Assembly (NCBI GenBank): GCA_977862235.1
Contig: OZ374557.1
Location: forward strand, 930,001-994,000
Source: Dudresnaya verticillata
Lineage: Eukaryota
Direction of reading: 5' to 3'
DNA: 64,000 bases
In this document: positions 36,275-47,949 of the stretch, one piece after another
Layout of the letters: every line of letters begins with the position of its first letter
Numbering within the stretch: the stretch's first letter is position 1
Made by a program: the position numbers and the translations under genes
The notes under the pieces: generated by a model
The model's input: only the letters and a program-made list of their open reading frames with translations
Told to the model about the DNA's origin: nothing
Database searches by the model: none

Positions 36275-39200
36275 GAAGACAGTTACTAAGCTACTGAAAT
36301 AGAGGCAACACTTGGGCCATGTGGTATAACGAATAGTCCACGGTGACGCGGAGAAGTCTCGCACGATAAGCGGTGGCCACGGAGCGCAACGGGTGGCCTC
36401 GCAGTGAAAAGGAAAACGAAACAAGGAAAAGGGCTGGTAGTGTGGTAGAGCAGGGCGAACAATGCAGAGGACCATAGTGTCAACAGATACGTGTGAGGAA
36501 GCGAGAACTGTGAGATAACAATCACCGGGGACAATCCGGGTGCGCGAGGCTATCGAAAACGAGAATCGACCGTATCCGTGAACACGACATTCGAAGACAC
36601 CGAACACGAAGAGAAGGCGTTTATCGAAGACTACGAGGTCGGGACGCCGGTCGCTTACCGGGAACCGTCGGAGGTCGTGCCAGATGACGTTCTAAATACT
36701 ACTACACGAGCACGAACACGAGTCAACACGGGAGATGGTTCGCACTCTACTACTTTGTAACGGCCTAGGAGCCAAGGAACGGTAGTCTCGCGTATGGTGG
36801 CGGTTACGTACGCCAGCTATATGTACGGAGTCGCACGCGCATCGTGGAACTCAGGTCCGTTAGCGCAAGGACAACGGAAAGAATACGGAGGTGGCAGCAA
36901 GCTCGGATACAGTCCCGCGCTGTAATGCGCTCGTCATGGTGGCTCGCGTAATCATAGAGTCACTTCGAAATTCGCATTTCTCGATTATTTTCACGTAGAT
37001 CACAGAGTTGGTTTGCGAACAGCACTTGTACCACACGGCCCCCTCCCCAAGAGCAAACTTCCCGGTCGCGGGTTACAAATTAAGCATTTATGTGGCCCGG
37101 TTTCCTCATGAGGAGCATGTGAGTGGCCGCCCAAGTGGCAGCTTAGTGCTTCATCGAGCATTGTCAGTTTTACACTTGCGCCCGGGTCCCTCGATCTCTA
37201 TCATCGTACTCTTCGGTTTCAACGCCGTAGCTCACGGTCTGCGGGTTTTTCGTTCTCCCCTCGTGCGCTTCGTGGCGACTGTCACGCGTTGCCTCGTATC
37301 ATCCTCGTATTGAGCTTTGTAGCGCCCGTGCTCTTCACTTCGCAGCCTCATGACGATGTTCGCCTCACCCCGGGGCGTAGTTGACTCGGGTTCACGTCGT
37401 GCGATCTCGCTATTGCTCCGTTGTCTTCGATGGTTAACCAATATTTCGTGGCAAGTCCGGTTTCGTTCTTCGTGGCCCTATGTTGCTGGTCCTCCGTGGG
37501 ATTCGCATTCGGGACTCGTACGATTTTCTGGCCTGCAGTCTCGTATCTATAGCCACTTAGTTAGTCACGTAGGTGGGTAGCATCGTAGCTTCTTGTAAAC
37601 GAGTGTGTAGGTCGGGGCCCGATTGCCCATCACTTGTAGACGCACCCTCCGAACGATTGCAGAGGTCACGAAATCGTTGATCATCAATTTTCATAACTTT
37701 TGTGCGACTCAACTGTCCTTAATTTGATCTCGGAAAAACGCGGGAGTGCCGTCATCGAGAACCGTGAAAATCGACCGCATGGCCCCCTCCTCAGGACGAA
37801 AACGTCCGCGGCGACGCTGCGCGAGGCTCCCCACGATTTCGGGCTCCTCAGTGAGCATTGAGAGGGTCTCGAGGGTTATATAGACGTGGACTACTGAACG
37901 TAGGGGCTCCGGCTTAGACATTTGGTGAACCTGTGTGCAAACGATGCAATACGAGGCGATTCACGGCTCCGGACATCGGGGTACGCCAAAAGACTTCATA
38001 GACGGAAAACATACTCAATTTGGACTTCGAATGTCACAGCAGCCTCGGGAAACACGAATATGAAACAGAATGGGTATCCGAGTTCACGTTCATGAATGGC
38101 ATGCATGCGGGTTAAAGCGATGTAATACTCTGCACGGAATCTCGAGATGGTCCGACCCCGACAAACATAGCGTTGCGAATCGGAAATGACTTTGCCCTCG
38201 GCGTCCGTGACGACTTCTATAATTACGTAGAGAAGACGGATTATAAACCGCAGCTCCGGTTCTTGAACGGCGTGGATTCGGTGGCAAACGTTGCAAAACA
38301 GCGATTTCGGATGCTCCGAGGCGACAAGACGCGCGAATCTGGACTGGACACCTGCAACACGAATCAAATTAGCCATCAAGAATCATAACCAAGTTTAATC
38401 GCGAGAAGAGGAAGTCGATAGAGCTCTGGGGTTCTTGTTCACGAATGTTGGCGTCATCGAGACTTCAGGATTTCATGTATACGGCCCCCTCCTCAAGACG
38501 AAGGTGGCCGCGCAGACGTAATGAAGGGTGATACGTGAACGCGGGATGCTCATAGAGCAGCGTGGGGTATCCGTGACCTCGCCGAGCAAGAAGAGTGAGC
38601 TGCGAGGCTGGGGATGTCGAGTTGTGACCGGAGCGCATAGCCGCGTGCGGAACGTATGCCAACGCAACATCGAGTACCGAGGCGCCAAGGCCACGCGAGA
38701 GGATCGCGCGCCTCGAACGATTGAGGACCCCGTGGTATTTTCGAAAGCGCGTCATGCGTCGTAAGAGACGTATGACGTGAGAATCGGCGGCGACACCCGT
38801 TTCGGTTCGAGCGTTTCGAATCCGGTAAACTGATCATCCAAGGGATTCTCATAAGCAGGACCCGCGTCCTTTCGTGTCATGTTGGTCAACGGTCGCGCAA
38901 TTTTCGCGACGTCCTTCACGAATCTTCGATATACGCTACATTACCCGAGGAAAGAACGGACCTGGGTGAGTGTCTTCGGCAACTTCGCGTCACGGAATGC
39001 CTCGGAGATCTTCTCGGCCATACTCAGCTTCCCCGGGGAAGTTAAGTGTCCGAGATAATCACCTCGGTTCTGGAAGAGGAAAGACCTGTTCATCCTCTAC
39101 TAAACCCCAAAGTTACGAAGCAGTATGATAATTTTATCGAGATGCGCGATTTGTTCACGAATATTCGCGGAGAAAACGATCACATCATCGAGGCAAACGA

Positions 39201-41376
39201 GGCAACAATGCCAAAGAACTCTGGAGAGGATGATAGCGAGTGCGCGTTGGAACGTAGCGGGGGAGTTATTCAAACCGAAGTGCATACGTAGATAACGATA
39301 AATTCCTAGAAACGTATTAAACTTAGTCTTGTTGCGGTCTTCGGGGGCGACCGGAATGCCAATATCCTCAGGTGCAATCGATTGTCGAGGAAAGCGAAGC
39401 GGCTCCGACGGAATCGATACAATATTCCATCTGGGGAAGCGGGTACGCTTCTGATAGTGTGTTTGTATTGAGTCTCCTGAAATCCACGCGATATCGAAGT
39501 GTTCCGTCCCTATTCGGTGCAAGTACTACGGGAAACGACCACTACGCTGTATCCGGTTCGATTACTCCGGATTTTAGCATGCTATCGATTTCGTTTCCAA
39601 CGATTTCTTCAACAACGGGCCCTTACTGGTAATGCATTGATCGAGTAGGTCGAGTGCCGGGTTGTAGATCCATGTGGTGCTCCGTGGCTTCGATCGTTCC
39701 GAGGTCCTCATTCCACTTCAATTCGTGCTTTCGTAGCATCTCGAGGAACTCTTTTCGCGTAGTTTCATCGGGTAAATCCGAAAGATCTATTCGTTCTTCC
39801 CAATCGCGGGAAGCTAGTCACCGTCACATCGGAAGCACTCGGGCTGATGCACATTGGACCGCAAAGTTTGTTCCAATATAGACACGGAGTACGATTAACG
39901 AAAGGGATACACGATTTCAGTTCGAACCACCCGTTTTCGGTGTTGATGGCGAACTTCAGGGATAAGCGTCGAGCCTTACCGAAGGGAACCGTCATCGGAT
40001 ACGCATCTTGAAACCCGTTAGCAATCTTGACGCCGGATACTGAAGTCGCCGATTCGTTTGACAAGGTGCTCAACATCTCCACGTTGCACGAACACGAAGA
40101 ATCAAAGTCACCAGAAGAATCCCTATCCACGAAGGATAAACCGTTCAAGAAATGCGCCGCGACAGCGGATGCCGAAGACATTTCGAGTTCCGGGGGCTAA
40201 GTTCAATGCTTTGAAAACGAGCATCCATCCACGAAGGACACCATCGACCACGCGTTTTTCCACAACTACGAATGGTATGCGGTAACGAACGTTCCCGAGG
40301 CGGACTGTCAGGTAAACGATACCATCGAATCGTAGCGGGGTGAGATCAGCGCACGCCAGCCTCGGAGATGATTCCATCGTGGACGCGTTCGCTTCCCAAC
40401 TGGTAGGTAACACAACCCGAGCTATGAGGTTTTACCAGCGACGAATATCGATGGCAATCGTATACAGTATCCTTAAGGACTCATCGAGGCCGACGGATCC
40501 GGTCGCTAGGAAGATCTCCGATGTCATCAAGCAAAAGTATCCCTCGGTGGTATCTGAGGGTTCTATCTTCGGAATCGGTATCTTCTTTGAATTGTTTTCG
40601 GACGAAGCGGCTTTCGAAAGGACTAGAAGTCCCTTTCGGTCTCGTCATCGCGTAGCGCGCTTCCTCCGCCTTGCAGCGGCTTTCGGAATCATAATATGTG
40701 GAGTGTCTCCGAGAACGGAATTAGACGAAATACGTGACACAACAGGCGTCTTCGCCTTTACTAGTTTCCCGAACTCGAGATAGAATCCGAAGCATGAGGA
40801 TCCCCGTCCAAAGTTGTAGTCGATCCAACACCCCTTCAGTTATTCACGGAGTCTCCGTACTCCTCCAAGGGCAGGTTAGGGTGACTCGACTCAATCTCGT
40901 GAATATTTTCACGGACTGCGAGACCCGGTTGCCGTCCCGGGTCCTGCGCGTGTTTCGGGTTGCGGAGGACGGTCGGCGGTCCTCGGTCCTCGGCGCTCGA
41001 AGCTGACTTGATGATGGGCTCGGTCCCTCGGGTAGGGGGTGTTTCCTTCACGAAGGTGTCGAGTTATGCGATCGTCACGCGACCCACGGAAGTCCTGTCA
41101 ACAGTGACCTCGATTGTCAACGGACGCGGACGAATTTCCTCTTGCGAAACCGTGATTCGAGAAGTCAGTACGCGTATACGGTCTCTTCTCGAGTTGATAG
41201 TGATAGTTCTTGGACGAACAGTAGAGCTGTGGATCCTTCGTGACATACGGAAGCGAATAAGTCGGAGGACTGATTTCCCAGCAGAACCAACATGGTGTAG
41301 CATAGAAGTTGGATGGATCCGACCTCCAGCGAACTCTGGCTCGAAGCCGTCACACAGACCCGTCATTGGGTAGCTA

Positions 41377-42070
41377 TGTGTGGTACAGCGGTGTCGGCCG
41401 CGTGCCGCCCCGCAGGTGCGGATCAACGGCGTCGATGCCGGAGCGCGTACGGGGCGTACCGTACGCTGGTAGGCAGCAACCGGATCCCAGCGTCCCTGTC
41501 GAAGGGCGGCACGAAGCTGACGGGAAAGGAAAGGAAAAAGGAAATCTTGGTGTGACAAGGGGAAAAGGGGAACCGCCCGCTGGTGTAGAGGAAAGGGATC
41601 GAACCCGAAAGGCTAGGGGAAAGCTTCGGCGCGAGCTGTTGTTTGCCCGGTTTACTGCGCCGTCGGTGGCAGACGGACTTAAATACTCTACGCTATGTAC
41701 AGCTACGACTACTCCTACGCATAATGCGCCCCTGCGGAACCAAAACCGGAGGTGACCACACGCGCGCCCATACACGTGTCGAAGAGTCTGTTTATCGGCT
41801 ACCCGTGGGCACGCGCAGGGCGTAACGGGAAGCGGCCCTCTCAACGGCTCGGTGCCGTAGAGCGCTACGGGCGCGCGCCGTGTGTGGCACGGCGTGTGGC
41901 CGCTTCTAACAGTATGGAGATCGACCGCCGCTAAAATCAATGAAATAACTAACGGGCTCGCTGCCCAAATACGACTCTGCAGCGGGCGTCGTGGTGCGCA
42001 CTATTAAAGTGCTCAGCTGTGCGCCCCGTTACGGCCTCTGTTGACAGCGCGATCACAACTATGATACACA
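41377..42070. repeat. Probable solo-LTR-like insertion within the old gag
   Basis: TG...CA-bounded non-coding ~690 bp with a purine tract (gggaaaggaaaggaaaaaggaaa) like those in the other LTRs here; gag-like sequence resumes after it. Confidence 0.4.
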
Positions 42071-45046
42071 CGGCCACGCATCCAGATTCTTCGGTAGTAT
42101 CTAACGGGCTCTCTTGATTTGTCCCGGGGTCGTCGGGGAGACACGCGCGGGTAAGAAGCGCTCGATTCGACTTGTACGATGCAACGTATCGGCCGCAGAG
42201 AATATCGTCCAAGTAGTCGGTGTAGCGGACGCGGAACTGAGTGCGGGGCGAATCATCATCATGGCCATCTGTGTATCTGCGCCAATCGGGTACTCGAAAT
42301 CACTTCCGGGCGTATCGGGTGCTTCGATGAGCATCGTGCGTCGGAGCGCTTGGCGGGTTACTCGAGTCTTCGATTCACGCGATTGTCGGGATGCGGCCTC
42401 ACGCTGTTGATGAGCTCGGAAAGTCGTACCTTCGGCCTGCGCGATTCGTTGTACGCTCATGAAGTTCTTCTGCGCAGACAGAGGTAGGTGTCAAACTCTG
42501 TTGGCCACGATGGGATATGTACTCGACAGTAGCCCACGAATAAACTGATGAGTTAACGAAGAGTAAGCGTAGAAACCGGAACAGAAATTCGTGTAGCCTT
42601 GTAAACGAGTCGCGAATTCCATTTCGGTCTCACTGGGATTCTGCTTTTGCGGTGATCACGCGGTCGTGTGCGAAAGCGATTACGTCTTAAATGAGAAACC
42701 GTTGTAGTAACACGTTCACGATAGTGGACCAGAAAACCGCGTTGCCAGTACGAACGCCTCCGAAGGCATAGTGTTGATACACCTTGAGCGCAGTCTCATT
42801 GAGGAACCATGAATCGTTCGAACTGCTGCCCCTTCGGCGAGCCCGACTCCGTTCAACGCTTTTCGAATATCACGAATAAATGCAAGAACCTTCATCGGAT
42901 CGCGTCCCGTAAATTCCTCGAGTCTCGGCATTATCGAACACATGACGCGAAACAGTCTTCGATGTGGTACCTCGGAACACTTCATGTTGGTTATCTCTAG
43001 GTGACGAATCCGTGAGACGTCAGATCGGTGATTCACGGCCCGGGCGAATTTGGGAATGAACGCTGGAATCATCTGGATGCCCGGTTCAAGCGGCTCCCAA
43101 TGCCAGAACGACGACACGAGTCCCACGTGCGATAACGAATCTTCGATAGCGGGTCCTCCCGGGGACATCGGTGGTTGCAACGAGTGTCGAAAGACTGCGG
43201 GGTTGATACGGGGGTTATCGGAAGCATCGGTTTCCGGGTGTTTAGCAGGACGGGAAACGGATTATGATCTGTATTTTTCAGTAACATAGATTGGGCACCC
43301 GGGCCTTGCATGGGTTTAACCAGCAGCGAATTGCGGGGGTGAGGATGGAACTTCTAGCGGGTTAAACGGACGATCTTTGCGACTTCTTGTATTCTCATTC
43401 GATAATGCGGGGGCACGAGATCACGAATAGCGTTCAACTGGTACTCCGAAAACGCGTGCAAGATGCTAACGGGAAGCAAGTGACTCGGCTTGCCCCTGGG
43501 GCCCCTGCGTTGCGCTCGAACGCGACAAAACGGTTGCGGACTCCCGAGACGAGATCCCGGAGACTCTCGAGTGAGTCTTCGATCCTACGGACCTTGGCAG
43601 CTCGGAGATTATCGAACTCTGCATGAACTCGGTTATGCGTATTACGAATTGAACGCTTCGTGATACGGTACGCAGTGGACAGCACGTCGATGACATCTTT
43701 GTAGACTAAACGTAGCTCGACAAGGGAGACTTACTTCATCGAGAAGAGTCGATGGACGGTATCCGAGGGAAAGATTTCCAACGGAGTGTACGTGTACGAA
43801 AGGTCGGAGTGGCTACCGTGAGCCTGCGAACGCGAGTCGTCGCGAAGATCGGGTTCCGTCATACGTGAAGCGCGAGCGCGAGAAAACGGTTCTCGGTCAC
43901 TCGCGTTCGAGTCGAACAACGGGAGCTCCGGAATCGGTACGTCATCGGGTTTCGGTACCGACGAATCGGGAAGACTCCGAGCTTGAGACATCGTGTCTCG
44001 GGTAACAACCAATTACGAATAAATGCACAAACTTCGGAACCGCATTCTATGTCGGGAGACCAGTCTGCTATAACGAATGTCCACGGAGACGCGGGGAAGT
44101 CTCGCACTGTAAGGGATGGCCTCGGAGCCGAGCGTGTAGCCTTGTAGCCTAACGGAGAACGGAGAACGGAAAAGGGGTGGTAGCGTGGTAGAGCAGAGCA
44201 ACCAACACGATGGACCAGGGTGTCAACGTATTCGTGCCTGTAGCACAACGGGTCCAGCCCAGGAAGAGCAAGGAAAACAAAGGACACCTGTCCGGAACCG
44301 TCGTGCTCACGGGTAGCTCGGGTGTGGTAGAGGCTTGGTAGAATGGCACTAGGCCAGGAAAAAGGGAAAAGAAAAAAGGGGGATGCGACCCGGTATTCCG
44401 CAGGGAACCTGCCGTACATGTGACGAGCCTGTAGTTAGCGTCCAGAAAAGGAACGGGAAGCGTCCGGAATCCAGAAAAGGGTCAAGACCGAGGAACGCCC
44501 CGTAGGGTTCAATCAGCGGTGCCCTGCTAATGAGGGGACCAATAAATATGGCTTGTGCCCGTGCTAATACTAGCTAATACAGTGTACATTACACAAATTA
44601 CATTGAACAATAGGAGGCGGATTCACGCCCCTGTGGCGGCGTATAATCGAGAAATATCCCAGCGCCACACCAATGATCATGCGTCAATTGCGCGTCTGAG
44701 GCGCAGGTGAGTTCGCGCCAGGCGCCGATCACATGTCTCATCCTGGCGAAGCCCAGCAATGACAGCGTCTTACAGGGCATTGGCCTGTTACGGCTTACAG
44801 CGTAGTATGCCCACTTGGCGCAAATCGCCGTTGTGCCACAGTGCCCGGAAGGGAGAACTCGAGCGATTGATCACCGGGGATCACTCCGGGTGCCCGGGGG
44901 TATCGAAAGCGAGGATCCACCGTATCCGCGGTCACGAATACGAAGACACCGAAATCGAAGAAACCGGCGTTTACCGAAGACTGCGAGGTCCGGGCGCTAG
45001 TCGCTTACCGGAAACCCTCGGAGGTCCTGCCAGACGACTGGCTAAG

Positions 45047-45679
45047 TGTAGTGCACTGGCACTCGCCCCATTCACCTGATCCAATTCCGGATCCTTTGCC
45101 TTACAGGCGCGCTTTACAGGCGCATCGTTGCCGACTGACTGACAGCACAGTCTACAGTAAGCAAGAGTAGGACCATTCAGCTCTCCACTCTAGATCTAGA
45201 TCGAGCTCTAGCACTTACAGCCTACAGTAGTGTAAGTGCGTCTGCCGGCGCCGCCGCGCCGGCGGCGGTAGTACTTAGCCACCTAGGGCTGCACATCTGG
45301 TAAACGGAGGGGCATCGACCCTCGGGCCTAACACTTCGGTGCCAAGCTTGGAGTCGCCCGGAACCCGAGTAGCCTCACGCCTAGGACATCGGTGCCGACC
45401 GAGTCCACGTGAGCCTATCTGCTCGTGGACCTCCGTGAACGCAGATCGACACCCGTTTACCAGTTCTACCGCGAGCTAGGTACGCTACCGCTAACCTATC
45501 TCTACTGTCTACCTTTTCCCCTTTTCCTTTACCTTTTCCCTTTCCCTTTGGGTCCCTGCACCCTATCCTTTGCAGGGTGGTCTCCCGCACCGCGCCCAGA
45601 CTGCGCGGGTGGCCTTACGATCAGGCCTTGCTTGTCCCTCCATCGGGACCTGTCTTTGGTGGATTGTGAGTGATCCACA
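45047..45679 (+). repeat. 5' LTR (633 bp)
   Basis: Direct repeat of 56782-57414; about 7 mismatches counted by eye. Confidence 0.97.
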
Positions 45680-45685
45680 CTTATT

Positions 45686-45697
45686 TGGTCTCCCGAC
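45686..45697 (+). promoter_or_regulatory. Primer-binding site, probably tRNA-Tyr
   Basis: TGGTCTCCCGAC, 6 nt after the LTR; complementary to ..CGGGAGACCA, a tRNA-Tyr-type 3' end (G72, A73). Same 12-mer at 44051-44062 on the minus strand. Confidence 0.75.
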
Positions 45698-45777
45698 CTA
45701 GAACGGGTCGAACCGATCTTTGCTCAGATTGTAAGAGCTTCGCTTTGCGTGGATACACACGCCTTCAAACCCTTGCC

Positions 45778-47910
45778 ATGTCGGAAAGTGGCTCCCAACG
45801 CGAGCTTCGTGCTCCCCCGGGTGTGCCGCCTCCTGTAGCGGCTTGGGTACGCCGTGTCAAGAATGACACCCTCTTAGCGGCTCGTAACGCCGCAAGCGAC
45901 CTGTTCGAGACGCGACTGGCTGCACAAGCCGAAGTCGTCTCGAGCCAGAGTCGTGACCAGCTTGATGGTCTTTCCAAGAAGCTGGAGGCCAAGTTCAGGG
46001 CCGAACTTGAGAGCTCAGTACTCTCTTACCTTGGACCAGTCAAGGAGGACAACCGTCGACTCCTTTATGAGGTCAAGAACCTTAAGATGAGGATTGCTGC
46101 CATGGAAGCAGCTTCGCAGGCGAAGCCTGGGGGTGAAAACCCCCCGGCTGCGCCTGTGCCACCTATCGTGGCGCCGGCTTTACCGGCAGATGCGCTGTTG
46201 TCGTCAGTGACAACTGAAGCGCTACGTCAGGCGGGGATTGACTTCCCGCAGGTGGACACGCTTGCGCGTGACACACCACCCGTGGTCGCGGCGACAGTCG
46301 CCAAACCACCTGACAAAAGAGACGCAAAGTTTCCACCCCCACCCAATGCCGACCGAAAGGCCGACGGGGCGGGTGATCCGGATGAGGGTCCATCGTCATC
46401 TGACGATTCAGATGGCGGGTCCAAACGCCGGAAGGATAGACGCGATAAGCGTTGACGACGGAAGGACCGTCGTAAGAAGGGTTCACCTTCACCATCTTCG
46501 TCGTCGTCCTCCGATGAGTGGAGCGACGACGAAGAGGAGGAGCAATTCCTCGTCCCTGACCCGACCTTGGGTCCTCGGCAGCATGGTTTGAGTCGGTGGA
46601 AGCCGACCGATCATCGCTTCCAAGCGGTTTGCAATTACCGCGTGTACAGGCTGGAGAGACGCAGCCAGAAGGTAACCAAAACGGTTATCCACGACACTCA
46701 CAAACGTGTCAAGATCTTGGAGGTTACCATGAAGGACCACAAGTTCTCGGGCAAGGACCCGATCAAGGTCATCAGCTTCTTAGCTCGATGCAAGCGGGAC
46801 TTCGACGCCGCGGACCTCTCGGAGGCAATGGCATTCGTCGCCCTGCCGTACATGTTGCTGAAACAAGCAAAGGAGGCTTATGAAGCCCAGGTAGGTCACT
46901 TCCGCCGAGGATATGGCCTTAGGAACTGGCCCGAAGTAGTTGACTGGTTGCTCAGGACGTACGCGACGAATGCGGCGATCCAGGAAGCAGTGCGCGAACT
47001 GCGGGAGGTCAAGCAGCTCCCTGGTGAGGCGGAGCAGGTGTACGCCACCAGACTGGACAAAGCAGTCACGAATTGTGGTGATGTGCACTTGCCTTACGAG
47101 ATCTCCACGATGTATATCGAGGGACTCGTACCGCAAATCAGGCCGTTGGTTCTCCAGGCCAGGGAGGATAACCCCCGGTTGAGCTATCTTCAGCTCATTG
47201 CCCAAGCCCGTTCGCGAGGCGAGGCACTTCGAGCCGCCCAAGGCTCCAAACCCATGAAGGGTGTTGCGTTCAAGCAACAAATGGCAAGGAAAGTCCTTGC
47301 CATTGAGTCGGATGAAGACCCGAAGAGCCACTATGGCAGTACTCTGCGAACGCAGACACGTGCCGGCACGGTTGAATCCCGTGAGGAGGGATGTTTCCTC
47401 TTCGGTGGGGGTAGTGAGGCCGATTCATCGGCCAAGCCCCCCACTGATATTCCCTCCGACCGGGAAGACGACCCGCTCTTCTACCAAGAGCACAGGAGGC
47501 AGGGTAGGTACCCACCTCCGCAGCGACGCGAGCTGCATCGGCCGCCGGGGAGACCCGGCAGGCCAGGCGATAGGACTGTCTTTTGTGACCCTCGCCTGCG
47601 TGGACCCCATGTGCAGATCATCTGCCATGGTTGCTACGTGGCGGGCGATCACATCACCCCAGATTGCAAGTTGCCTTTGGCAGACATTGCCCAAGTAGTT
47701 GTGAACTACAACAAGTTGTCTGCTAAGGACAAGGCCCGGGTACCTGCTGACTCGTACATGAAGTCATTGGCACTGCTGAACTTCCAGGCCAATCAGTCCC
47801 TTAAAGGGGACGGGAGTGCCCAGGTGGGGCAAGCTCCCTCGGGGTTTCAGCATCCCACCCTGCATGCTGGTCAGACCCATGACAAAGTGAAGACCGACCC
47901 AAAAAACTAA
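45778..47910 (+). pseudogene. gag: gag with one in-frame TGA (46453-46455)
   Basis: ORFs 45670-46455 and 46567-47910 share a frame; KFSGKDPIKVISFL retrotransposon-gag motif; zinc knuckle CHGCYVAGDHITPDC. Confidence 0.9.
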
Positions 47911-47949
47911 GGGTCCCTGGCGGTTTCAAGACCGCAACGTTAGATCCTT
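47901..47949 (+). promoter_or_regulatory. -1 ribosomal frameshift signal (A AAA AAC plus downstream stem-loop)
   Basis: Heptamer 47901-47907 directly before the gag TAA; the -1 frame is open into pol; stem gcggt/accgc nested within aagggtc/gatcctt. Confidence 0.85.

Noticed and set aside
42545..42575. Hammerhead ribozyme core (ctgatga..gaa)
   Set aside because: GAAG instead of GAAA, no supporting stems I/III, and it lies in decayed gag. The similar ctgatga at ~61238 lacks stem II.
45425..45673. 82-90-aa ORF repeated at 57160
   Set aside because: Chance ORF within the LTR; duplicated only because the LTR is duplicated.
46453..46455. Programmed stop-codon readthrough in gag
   Set aside because: The TGA sits in a CGN Arg-codon run in mid-gag; a CGA>TGA transition is more likely.
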